Shown in pieces: positions 1 to 8,272 of a stretch of DNA of 64,000 nt. The stretch comes from Pseudomonadota bacterium. Its GTDB lineage: Bacteria > Pseudomonadota > Gammaproteobacteria > Acidiferrobacterales > UBA6901. A program made the position numbers and the translations under genes. Every line of letters starts with the position of its first letter. The stretch's first letter is position 1. Location of the stretch: assembly GCA_021785515.1 (NCBI GenBank), contig JAJYEX010000006.1, positions 32,887 to 96,886 of the forward strand, written 5' to 3'. The notes beneath the pieces were generated by a model. It worked only from the letters and a program-made list of their open reading frames with translations, searched no databases and was not told the DNA's origin.

Positions 1-2304
1 CGCCGTAACTGCCATGCGGGACGACACATCGAAGATGAAACGCCCCCGGACTGGACCAGTCGGGGACCATATGTTGCGGATACCCACGGACAGAGGCAGA
101 GTCAGCCGCGCTTGCGCGGTACCCAGTTTCCCCCTCAGCCTCAGTCGGCTTCGGATCGCGAGCGCACCGGGCGCGGTTCGCACATGGGCAGTCCACGAGG
201 ATACAGGCAGCTCGAATGTCCGGCCCGACTGGTGCCACGCAAGTATCGCGTCAACAAAGCTGGCGTCACCGACTACTGCACACACGCCGTCGCAGCGTGC
301 CGCAACATCAAGGTCGAGCCTGCCCTTTGCCTGGATGTGCCCAGGCCCCCATACCACATCCAAAGGCAGGGCATGCAGGTGCAGACTTCCACGCCCGCGC
401 TGGCTGGCGAAGGCCCAGCGGCCCACCAATTGGATGTTCGCCCCCCGGGAATCCGCAAGCCGCAACGCAGAAACCGACACCCGTCCGCCGGTCCAGCTGA
501 AACTGGCCGGCGCCACCAATCTCCAGCGACCGACGCTCTGGCCGTCTGTATTCAGACCGTACAGAACTGCGGTCCAGACCGTGACACGACGGGAAACTCG
601 CGCGGCAAGGTGCACTACATCGTTCCGCCACTGGATATCCATGTGGCAGCCAAAATCGGACCACGCCCCCCGGGCCCTGGCATTCAGATCGAAAGTCTCT
701 CCGATGGCACTTATCCCCTGTGCCTGCAAGACCAGGTCGACTGACCTGCCATCGGTCGATACGGCCGAAAAATGCAGTACAGCTGCATGATAGGTGCGCC
801 AGCGCAGATTGCGGGCCTGACCGGCCACTCTCCCCCGCCAGTGGCCATCGACACGGGCCAGCCAACCCGAGAGGCGGCCCGGCCCCCGCATGCCAAACGC
901 GATCCCCGCCCAGTGAGAGGCGCGCGCAACAAATTCAATGCGCCGCTGAAGCACCCCCGAGGCGCCGACAAACAAACCGGGGCCCCTGAGTTCCAGGGTA
1001 TCTACCCGTAACACCCGCGGGGCAAAACGGACGACTGCCCTGCCCTGGAACACCTGGCGCCAGAGGTGGCCGGACACAAGATTCAGTTTCAGGTATCCGG
1101 TGAGCCCCGCGCGCTCCCTGGCAAGCTGCAGCGCCAAGTCCCCGCTTATCCTGCCTTGCAGGGATGGCATCAGACTCCCGGGGTCAGCCCCGGCCACAGT
1201 CACCCGAGCTGCGAGGTGCAGCCCCGCTCGCCACGCCAGCGCCATCTGCCCTGCGGTCGCGCGCCCCCCCAGGATATGGCCACGTAGCGCTCGTACCTGG
1301 AATCCGGATTCGTTTCCCGTAACATCCGCGGCAAGGCGCGAGTGGATCCGCGGCGCCCGCAAGACCATGGACCCGTGATAACCGTGAGGGTTTCCATCCA
1401 GACACAGCTCCACCATGTATGGCCCCGCCAAGGTGACCCCCTGCCAGCGACGCAGGCGGATATCCTCTGCCTGCAGCTCGAGGCGGTAGCGATCGGACCG
1501 TAAATGGAAGGCCAGCACCGCGCCCAAGGTCGCTGGTGTGCTAAGCCCAGGAGCGAGCACATGCACACCGCGCAGCTGAATTGCGCGTTTACCGAGCCGC
1601 GCCTCGCCTCTGGCGGTCACGGAGACACGCCCTTGCACACGGACGGTTACCGGTCCACCGAATGTCCTGTCCACACCAGGCTTCCAGTCCGCATCCCAGC
1701 TTACCTGCGTGCCGGACGATACCCACGTGCCAGCACTTCTAAGACTCGGCTTCCCCCAGCCCAGGTCCAGCGATCCTGCGGCCTTCCATCCGGATGACAG
1801 AACACGAACCCGCCTTGAGTACAGGTGCGTACCGTTCCACGTCACCTCGGCCATAACCTGTCGAAAATCGAACTGCCGCTGCTGGCCGGTCCAGGAAGAG
1901 ATCCGAACCAGGTCCAGACGCGCAATCTGCAGGTGCAGCAGATGAGACCAGAACGGCGGGCGCCTGAACATAACGTCCGGCGATAAAACGGGGCGCGACG
2001 AAGCGGCCAGATGAATCTCCACATCACTCACCCGCAGCAGTCTGACCCGGACCTGTGCGCGCCACAGCGCGGCCGGTGCCCAGTCAAGATCGAGGCGATC
2101 CGCGGATATCCGATCGGAACCCTTGCGCCAACGCAGACCACTCAGCCTCAGCCTGCCAGCCAGGCTACCGCGCACAGCCGCGACCTTCAGCCCGGGGATC
2201 TCGGTCACGATCCAGCGGACTCCCCCTGGGGTAAAAATCAGCCAATACCCGAACGCGCCGCCCGCCAGCAGCAAACAGGCGACCAGAACAAGGATCTTTC
2301 TCAC
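1..2304 (-). CDS. tamB: Translocation and assembly module protein TamB, N-terminal part (C-terminus lies beyond the left window edge)
   Basis: Absent from the supplied ORF track because it has no stop inside the window. Manual minus-strand translation from the GTG at 2304-2302 (overlapping the tamA stop as GTGA) gives VRKILVLVACLLLAGGAFGYWLIFTPGGVRWIVTEIPGLKV..., an N-terminal membrane anchor. The frame stays open to position 1. No sub-ORF of this frame appears in the track, which fits an absence of stops. It sits immediately downstream of tamA, as in tamAB operons. Confidence 0.7.
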   Translation of the reverse strand, partial: MRKILVLVACLLLAGGAFGYWLIFTPGGVRWIVTEIPGLKVAAVRGSLAGRLRLSGLRWRKGSDRISADRLDLDWAPAALWRAQVRVRLLRVSDVEIHLAASSRPVLSPDVMFRRPPFWSHLLHLQIARLDLVRISSWTGQQRQFDFRQVMAEVTWNGTHLYSRRVRVLSSGWKAAGSLDLGWGKPSLRSAGTWVSSGTQVSWDADWKPGVDRTFGGPVTVRVQGRVSVTARGEARLGKRAIQLRGVHVLAPGLSTPATLGAVLAFHLRSDRYRLELQAEDIRLRRWQGVTLAGPYMVELCLDGNPHGYHGSMVLRAPRIHSRLAADVTGNESGFQVRALRGHILGGRATAGQMALAWRAGLHLAARVTVAGADPGSLMPSLQGRISGDLALQLARERAGLTGYLKLNLVSGHLWRQVFQGRAVVRFAPRVLRVDTLELRGPGLFVGASGVLQRRIEFVARASHWAGIAFGMRGPGRLSGWLARVDGHWRGRVAGQARNLRWRTYHAAVLHFSAVSTDGRSVDLVLQAQGISAIGETFDLNARARGAWSDFGCHMDIQWRNDVVHLAARVSRRVTVWTAVLYGLNTDGQSVGRWRLVAPASFSWTGGRVSVSALRLADSRGANIQLVGRWAFASQRGRGSLHLHALPLDVVWGPGHIQAKGRLDLDVAARCDGVCAVVGDASFVDAILAWHQSGRTFELPVSSWTAHVRTAPGALAIRSRLRLRGKLGTAQARLTLPLSVGIRNIWSPTGPVRGRFIFDVSSRMAVTA

Positions 2305-4040
2305 AGGCTGACGCCGACAGAAAATACCACCCGCAGATACGGAACCGTGGGAGCCACCAGGGGATGGGCAATATCCAGGCGTACCGGCCCGAAAGGTGAA
2401 TACCAGCGCACTCCAACCCCCATATCTCGCAACACGCGGAAAGCGGCAAAGCTGTTGAGGGCATTACCGGCGTGATAGAACGCCACGATGCCCCAGTTTC
2501 TGGCAACCAGTCGCTCCAGGTCGACACCCCCGACTAGAAGACTCCGCCCTCCCAGCACTACCCCATTTTGCGACGGACCCTGCGAAAGATACGCGTACCC
2601 CGGCAGCGTTCCTTCACCGCCGGCGAAAAAACGTAGCGTAGGCGAGAGGTTGTCGATCGGCCCCGAAAGCCAGGTCGCCCCAGCCTCAGCCCGCAACCCG
2701 ACCACCCATCTGGCACCCAGGCGACGACGCCATACACCGTGTGCGCGTACCTGCATGAAGTTGGCATCCCCGATCAGCATCCGCGCCCCGCCTTGGATGA
2801 CCGCGCTCCAGGAATCGCCCTCGAAAGGCCGGACCGGATTTGCAAAATTCTGCGCTGAATACCGCAATGACGGCATCGTAACGCGTGACTGACCGGATAC
2901 ACCGTTGATGGTGTAGATGATCTTCTGATAGGACAGAAACGCGCCGAGGGTGGCACCGCTCCCCACGGCCCAGTCGCGCCCGAATCCGGTATCGAATACG
3001 CCCGCGCTGTAGGGAATAAGATTCAGGTGCTGATAGTTCAGTTGCGCAACGTACTGGGCTCCAAATCTGTTCCCCACCGGCCATATGTAACTGGTACTCA
3101 CATCCAGGACACGCTGCGCCAACGTCATCAGGACGTGCGCATGCTCGCCGCGCCGCAGAGCGTTGTAATCGTCGTAACCCAGCGCCAGGTTGGCGCCCAG
3201 ATCCGAACTGTAACCTGCTCCTAGTTTGAGACGCTTCGGCCGCAGGGCCCTGAGCTGCACCTGGACCGGAATTCGGTCGTTGGCGGCGTGCTGTAGATCA
3301 GCCCGCACAGCGATTTCCGAAAACCGGTCAGCATTCCGGAGGTTGGCCTGCGTCTGCGCGAGCCGTACCGGACTGTACCAGTCGCCCGGCCTGAAATAGA
3401 GATACCGGGACAGGAAGCTGCGTGAATAGATTTTGGCCCCGCTGAACGTAACCTGTCCGAATTGGTATCGGTCACCACTGTCGACTGTGAGAAAGATATC
3501 GGCCCAGTGATGATTTCTGTCGACAAGGATCTCGTGGCGCGAAAATGCCGCCATGGCGTATCCGTCCGCGTGCAGCGTCTCCAGGACGCCGGCCTTCCAG
3601 TCCTCATAGAGAGGCTGATTCAGCGCCTGCCCGCGTCGCAGCGGAAACTTTCCCAATATATGGCGAAGCGCCGGGAGACCGCGTCCCGCGCCCAGCACCC
3701 GCAGCGTGACCTTACGTACCAGAACGCGCGGCCCGGGCCGCAGCGCAAAAGTCAGAATGTAATTGTCATCTCTCTTGGCCACCTGCTCCTGCCAACGGGC
3801 GTCGAAATAACCATAGGCCTCGAGCGTCTGACGCAGGCGCAAGAACGCCGCCATCCGGGCGTCGGCGATATCCGGAGGCGTGTTCAGCCGAACCGGGGGC
3901 ATCGCGTTCTGCAGGAGCGTACGCAGGTCGGTCGACACGCCGGTGAACGAAAAACTCAGCTCTGCAGCCCCGACGACGGGCGCGGCGAGCAGCCCACAGA
4001 TGAGAACCAGCGCACGGGCAACATTAAGCCGCCGCGACAT
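2301..4040 (-). CDS. tamA: Omp85-family outer-membrane translocation/assembly protein TamA (surface antigen D15/BamA family)
   Basis: Taken from the 640-aa ORF 2301..4223. The internal Met at 4040 gives a signal peptide MSRRLNVARALVLICGLLAAPVVGAAELS. A POTRA-like N-terminal region is followed by a long Gly/Tyr-rich beta-barrel region (GAGYSSDLGANLALGYDDYN...). It is translationally coupled to the downstream tamB. Confidence 0.85.
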   Translation of the reverse strand: MSRRLNVARALVLICGLLAAPVVGAAELSFSFTGVSTDLRTLLQNAMPPVRLNTPPDIADARMAAFLRLRQTLEAYGYFDARWQEQVAKRDDNYILTFALRPGPRVLVRKVTLRVLGAGRGLPALRHILGKFPLRRGQALNQPLYEDWKAGVLETLHADGYAMAAFSRHEILVDRNHHWADIFLTVDSGDRYQFGQVTFSGAKIYSRSFLSRYLYFRPGDWYSPVRLAQTQANLRNADRFSEIAVRADLQHAANDRIPVQVQLRALRPKRLKLGAGYSSDLGANLALGYDDYNALRRGEHAHVLMTLAQRVLDVSTSYIWPVGNRFGAQYVAQLNYQHLNLIPYSAGVFDTGFGRDWAVGSGATLGAFLSYQKIIYTINGVSGQSRVTMPSLRYSAQNFANPVRPFEGDSWSAVIQGGARMLIGDANFMQVRAHGVWRRRLGARWVVGLRAEAGATWLSGPIDNLSPTLRFFAGGEGTLPGYAYLSQGPSQNGVVLGGRSLLVGGVDLERLVARNWGIVAFYHAGNALNSFAAFRVLRDMGVGVRWYSPFGPVRLDIAHPLVAPTVPYLRVVFSVGVSL

Positions 4041-4730
4041 CAAAACTGGCCGCCTGCTGTTCGACAGTACCGCGCGAGCTCGACACCTGCCGACATCGGC
4101 CGGAACGGTTCGCAAGCCGCCCGGGGATGGCCGGCAGGCGGCACCCGCGCCGTAAGGTCCACGCCAGCCCGTTCCAGACCGGCAGCCCCTCATCCCGCAC
4201 CTCCCGGTTTTTCTGGTTTGCACCGAACGTCAACTTACCGCCCCAGCTGCGAAAAAGCATGGGGAAAGCACCTGGCCTGCCCCGGTTAAAGCGAGGCATG
4301 GTGCCGGGGTGGTGTGCTTGATCTCTCTGACTCCAGGGCAGGACGATCATGAATGCACAACAGAGTTCCAGACTGCGGAACCACTCGATGGGACAACCGG
4401 AGGGAATCCCGGCCGGGCAAGCCGCGTGACCCAACATCGTTTGGCTCTGCGGACCATGCCACACGCTGCACACGGGAACAACCGCCGTAACCGCGCGTCA
4501 CCCGACAGCGTCTACAACCGGGTCTTGTCCGGGCCGTAACCATCTTCACAAAAGTCAATATAAGCAATAGCGCCTGCCGCAAATCGCGACACGTACGGAA
4601 GCCTGCAGCGGCCACGCAGACAACCGCTACCTGCACACCACGTCCCGGTGGCTTTCACACCATGGCAGGCAGCGATGGAGACATGTCAAGATCACACAGT
4701 TTACTATCCCAGATCTTGGCCATGAAGTCG

Positions 4731-4759
4731 TTGACCGGGAAAGCATCCGGCCCTATATT
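4731..4759 (+). promoter_or_regulatory. Candidate sigma-70 promoter for the zapB-like/zapA/ssrS unit
   Basis: TTGACC (4731-4736), a 17-nt spacer, then TATATT (4754-4759), about 30 nt upstream of the ATG at 4790. Motif match only. Confidence 0.35.
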
Positions 4760-4789
4760 TGATAGAAGATCACTGCAGAAAAGCGGGAC

Positions 4790-5017
4790 ATGGACAGCGA
4801 GAATCTGGCAAAACTTGAAGAGCGGATTAACGAGCTCATTGACACCTGCCGGCGCCTGAATCGCGAGAACCATGCACTGAAGACGGATCACCGGAATCTG
4901 ACAAACGAACACGGGAACCTTGCAAACGAGCATGCGCGTCTGATTGAGAAGACGCAGGTTGCACGGGCACGGATTGAAGCGATGATCGGCCGCCTCAAGG
5001 CACTGGAGCGAAGCTAG
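4790..5017 (+). CDS. Small coiled-coil protein upstream of zapA (ZapB-like / TIGR02449-type)
   Basis: 75 aa with a heptad-like Leu/Glu/Arg/Asn-rich sequence (LEERINELIDTCRRLNRENHALKTDHRNL...). It abuts zapA directly, with its stop adjacent to the zapA GTG. Confidence 0.7.
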   Translation: MDSENLAKLEERINELIDTCRRLNRENHALKTDHRNLTNEHGNLANEHARLIEKTQVARARIEAMIGRLKALERS

Positions 5018-5323
5018 GTGAAAACAGCTCAGGGCGGTGTCAATATATCGATTTTGGGCAAGGACCTTATGGTCTCCTGCCCGGAAAGCGAACGCACCGC
5101 GTTGATTGCAGCCGCGCGTTACCTGGACGAGAAGATGAGGGAAATCCAGGACGGCGGAAAGGTTATCGGAACAGAGCGCTGCGCAGTCATGGCGGCGCTG
5201 AATCTTGCTAACGAACTTCTTGAATTGCGCAGACAGGCGGCCAGCATGCCGGTCGACGTGGATAGCCGGTTGCGGTCGCTGCGTGGCAAAATTGACGCTG
5301 TCTTGCATGAAGAGATGGCGTAG
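5018..5323 (+). CDS. zapA: Cell division protein ZapA
   Basis: 101 aa with a GTG start. VNISILGKDLMVSCPESERTALIAAARYLDEKMREI...AALNLANELLELR is typical ZapA. The gene is followed by 6S RNA and ygfA, as in E. coli. Confidence 0.85.
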   Translation: MKTAQGGVNISILGKDLMVSCPESERTALIAAARYLDEKMREIQDGGKVIGTERCAVMAALNLANELLELRRQAASMPVDVDSRLRSLRGKIDAVLHEEMA

Positions 5324-5356
5324 GGCCGGTTTGCCAAAAATTGGCATGCAGAGTTA

Positions 5357-5544
5357 GGCGCCCTCTGCGGTGTTTGTATCCGCCTTTGGTCCCTTGAACC
5401 TATATATTCAATGCCTGGGGGCCGCTACAGTAGACGCTGTTGTGCAAGTCCGCCATGCAGCGGAAAGCCTGAAGCGTCTCAGTGGCTCCCACCTGAACCT
5501 TCGGTTCAGGGCAACGGGGCGGTACGGCACAGGCGGAGGGCGCC
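5357..5544 (+). ncRNA. ssrS: 6S RNA (SsrS)
   Basis: Located between zapA and the 5-formyl-THF cyclo-ligase gene, the conserved position. The 3' half CACCUGAACCUUCGGUUCAGGGCAACGGGGCGGUACGGC resembles E. coli CACCUUGAACCAAGGGUUCAAGGGUUACAGCCUGCGGCGGC. The 5' end GGCGCCCU pairs with the 3' end AGGGCGCC to close the long hairpin. Length is about 188 nt, followed by CCUUUUCU. Confidence 0.8.
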
Positions 5545-5554
5545 TCCTTTTCTG

Positions 5555-6160
5555 GTGAACGTGAACGCGGCAAGCTCCAGGACCGAACAGCGGCAGCGTT
5601 TGCGTATGAAGCGCAGGGCGCTGTCGGCAGCGCAACAGGCGCGGTCTGCGACACTTCTGGCGAACCGGGTTTCGGCATCGCCCATGTTCCGGTGTGCGCG
5701 GCGCATCGCCTGCTATCTTCCGAATGATGGCGAGATCGATCCACGTCCGCTGATGCAGCGCATATGGCGGATGCGCAAGTTTTGTTTTCTTCCGGTCCTG
5801 TCGCGCCTGTTCCACGACCGCCTGTGGTTCGCTCCGGCCACATCACGCAGCATATTCTGGCCGAACCGGTTCGGCATCCCTGAACCTGTAACGGACCCGC
5901 ACCAGTGGCTTCGTGCTCAGGAACTTGATCTCATATTGGTGCCATTGGTCGGATTTGACCCACAAGGCAATCGGCTCGGAATGGGCGGGGGTTTCTATGA
6001 TCGCAGCCTGGAATTTCTGCAAGGGCGGAGCCGCTGGTTACATCCCCGGCTGCTCGGTCTGGCCCATGACTTTCAAAGGCTTGAGGCCGTTACGCCGTCG
6101 CCCTGGGACGTGCCACTACAGGGGATAGCCACCGAACGCGCGCTCTACCTCGCGCCGTGA
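5555..6160 (+). CDS. ygfA: 5-formyltetrahydrofolate cyclo-ligase
   Basis: ORF 5411..6160 trimmed to the in-frame GTG just after the 6S RNA. Motifs seen: RQRLRMKRRALS, ACYLPNDGEIDP, LILVPLVGFDPQGNRLGMGGGFYDR. The start codon is uncertain (5555, 5561 or 5606). Confidence 0.8.
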   Translation: MNVNAASSRTEQRQRLRMKRRALSAAQQARSATLLANRVSASPMFRCARRIACYLPNDGEIDPRPLMQRIWRMRKFCFLPVLSRLFHDRLWFAPATSRSIFWPNRFGIPEPVTDPHQWLRAQELDLILVPLVGFDPQGNRLGMGGGFYDRSLEFLQGRSRWLHPRLLGLAHDFQRLEAVTPSPWDVPLQGIATERALYLAP

Positions 6161-6276
6161 AGGCGGCACACCCGCGCTTATTATCGGCGGCAAAAATTGT
6201 TTTTGCCGGCGCTCAGGGAATGGCGTGCGGCGGCGTATGAGGAAAACGGGGTTTTGACACAGTTCGAGAAAAGCTC

Positions 6277-6765
6277 ATGACCCGTGGCAAACCGGCGTCC
6301 GTTGGCTACTGGCTATTCAAGACCGAACCATCCGCCTTCAGCATTACGGACCTCAAAAACCGCAAAAGCCGCACGGAACACTGGGATGGGGTGCGGAATT
6401 TCCAGGCACGCAATTTCATGCGCGATGACATGCGCCTGGGAGATCTTGGCTTCTTTTACCATTCGAGCTGTTCTGATCCGGCTATTGTGGGGATTGTGGA
6501 GATCGTCAGGACTGGCTACCCCGATTTCACGGCATTCGACTCGAAAGAGCCTCATTACGATCCGAAAAGCACACCGCAACGACCTCTGTGGTACATGGTA
6601 GACGTGCACCTGAAACGTGAACTCCGGGAACCGATAACACTGCGTGAACTGAAAGCTCAGCCCGCACTTGCAGACATGCGTCTGCTGTCCCGGGGTAACC
6701 GGCTGTCGGTCATGCCCGTGAATTTGCAGGAATGGGAATACATCCTTGGAATGGATCACCGTTGA
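6277..6765 (+). CDS. EVE domain-containing protein (PUA-like, DUF55)
   Basis: 162 aa. YWLFKTEPSAFSITDL...HWDGVRNFQARNFMRDDMRLGDLGFFYHS...IVGIVEIV is the characteristic EVE signature. Confidence 0.85.
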   Translation: MTRGKPASVGYWLFKTEPSAFSITDLKNRKSRTEHWDGVRNFQARNFMRDDMRLGDLGFFYHSSCSDPAIVGIVEIVRTGYPDFTAFDSKEPHYDPKSTPQRPLWYMVDVHLKRELREPITLRELKAQPALADMRLLSRGNRLSVMPVNLQEWEYILGMDHR

Positions 6766-7439
6766 TTGCGCTTTATCATTTCTGGTGGTCCCCGGCCTCG
6801 CAGCGGGTGCGGCTCGCGCTGGGTTATAAGGGGATTGTTTGTGAGAACCGGCCGCTTGCGTTTGACGACGACGAAACCTTCTTTGCGCTCGGCGTGGCAC
6901 GCAGCGTGCCGGTACTACAGCACGACGATGGCCGCATCTGGACCGACTCTGTTGCAATACTGGAACAGCTGGACACGCTCTGGCCGGACGAACCCATTTT
7001 TTCTGGCGTACTTCCCACAGTCGAGTGGGATGGCCTGCTCGCGTGGCGAAAATCCGCAAACGCGCTTTTTGACCGCCTGTACGCGCCGGTCATGCCTGCC
7101 TTCCGCGGACTTGGAGACAGCGAGCCGGCCATGACTGCCTACCGGTCGGAAGTCTTACACCGTTTTGGGGTCAGCATCGAAGAGTTGTCAAATGACCGCT
7201 ACGCCGCGTATGACCAGCTCATGACAGTGGCGCATCTGCGGGATTTGGCGACGCGGCTGGCCCGAAGCAGGTTTTACGCGGGCCGACCGTCTGCTGCCGA
7301 CATGCTACTGGCGGCGGATCTCTTTCCGCTGCAGCTGCTCGATGGCGTCACGCTGCCGCTGGACCTGATGTATTACGTTCGGCGAGTGGAGGAGATTTGC
7401 CGAACCAGTCTACGTGACGGACTATGCACAATAGGGTAG
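6732..7439 (+). CDS. Glutathione S-transferase family protein
   Basis: Thioredoxin-like GST N-domain: LYHFWWSPASQRVRLALGYKGI...SVPVLQHDDGRIWTDSVAILEQLD. The start is either the ATG at 6732 (overlapping the EVE gene) or the TTG at 6762. Confidence 0.7.
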   Translation: MGIHPWNGSPLIALYHFWWSPASQRVRLALGYKGIVCENRPLAFDDDETFFALGVARSVPVLQHDDGRIWTDSVAILEQLDTLWPDEPIFSGVLPTVEWDGLLAWRKSANALFDRLYAPVMPAFRGLGDSEPAMTAYRSEVLHRFGVSIEELSNDRYAAYDQLMTVAHLRDLATRLARSRFYAGRPSAADMLLAADLFPLQLLDGVTLPLDLMYYVRRVEEICRTSLRDGLCTIG

Positions 7440-7660
7440 CGGCGGGCTGCATGGACGCTTGTCAACCTGCCCCGATTCCACAACAATGCGCTGCTGTGTA
7501 TCCTTGCAGGTCAGCATGGAGAGCGGATCAAGCGGCAACTCCGCTGTCCCGGGATTCCATGACAGTACCGGCGTGCAAGAATGCGCCTGCAACGGGCCGC
7601 GGGGGGCCCGGAGCCCAGGCCGGCACGTACATCAACCACCCGCTTCGACAGAGGATCCTC

Positions 7661-8257
7661 ATGCGCAACGTGATTCGCAGCATACTGGCCGTGCTCATTG
7701 TCGCTTTTGCCGCCGCCGCAGCAGCCAAGCCGCTCCCCCATCCGGGGCACGATCCGGTGGTTCGGATGGTCACCAGTCTCGGAACCATCGAGCTGGAGCT
7801 CTTTCCAGGCAAGGCGCCAGTAACGGTCAAGAACTTTCTGCACTACGTGAATTCTGATTTCTATGATGGCACCATTTTCCACCGGGTCATACCTGGGTTC
7901 ATGATTCAGGGCGGCGGCTTCGAACCGGGGATGCACCAGAAACCAACCGGCGCCCCGATCGTCAATGAGGCCAGCAACGGCCTCGACAACGCGCCGGGCA
8001 CAATCGCGATGGCGCGCACTAGTGATCCCAACTCCGCTACTGCTCAGTTCTTCATCAATACTGCCGACAACCGGTTTCTCGACCACCGGGATGACAGCAT
8101 CAGCGGCTGGGGTTATGCGGTTTTTGGCAAGGTTATCAGCGGCATGGGCGTAGTGAAGCGAATCGAAGAGGTGCCCACAGGATCTTTCGGTCCGTACCAG
8201 AATGTGCCGCTGCACGACGTCGTGATCAGAAGCATGGCGGTAACCGGGTATCGCTGA
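7661..8257 (+). CDS. ppiA: Periplasmic peptidyl-prolyl cis-trans isomerase (cyclophilin type)
   Basis: The internal ATG gives a signal peptide MRNVIRSILAVLIVAFAAAAAAKP, followed by cyclophilin motifs FPGKAPVTVKNFLHYV, FHRVIPGFMIQGGGF and SATAQFFIN. The upstream 79 codons of ORF 7424..8257 look non-coding. Confidence 0.9.
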   Translation: MRNVIRSILAVLIVAFAAAAAAKPLPHPGHDPVVRMVTSLGTIELELFPGKAPVTVKNFLHYVNSDFYDGTIFHRVIPGFMIQGGGFEPGMHQKPTGAPIVNEASNGLDNAPGTIAMARTSDPNSATAQFFINTADNRFLDHRDDSISGWGYAVFGKVISGMGVVKRIEEVPTGSFGPYQNVPLHDVVIRSMAVTGYR

Positions 8258-8272
8258 ATTCCGGAGGGTTAG

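Noticed and set aside
14-2475. Numerous plus-strand and other-frame ORFs (for example 14..790 at 258 aa, 112..744, 2011..2475) across the left 2.4 kb.
   Set aside because: They are Arg/Pro/Ala-rich with low-complexity composition, and all are antisense to or out of frame with the uninterrupted tamB frame. These are typical high-GC shadow ORFs.
4655-5347. 230-aa minus-strand ORF covering the zapB-like and zapA genes.
   Set aside because: It is antisense to two genes with clear family signatures and conserved synteny. It has no recognisable motifs.
7424-7660. N-terminal extensions of track ORFs. Examples: ppiA from 7424, pntAA from 18130, pntB from 19677, the HIT gene from 41770, hldE from 42969, hldD from 44350, the SDR from 55081 and thiC from 58019.
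   Set aside because: In each case an internal start gives a canonical N-terminus or signal peptide. The extension is Arg/Gly-rich, overlaps the upstream gene or covers a regulatory RNA.
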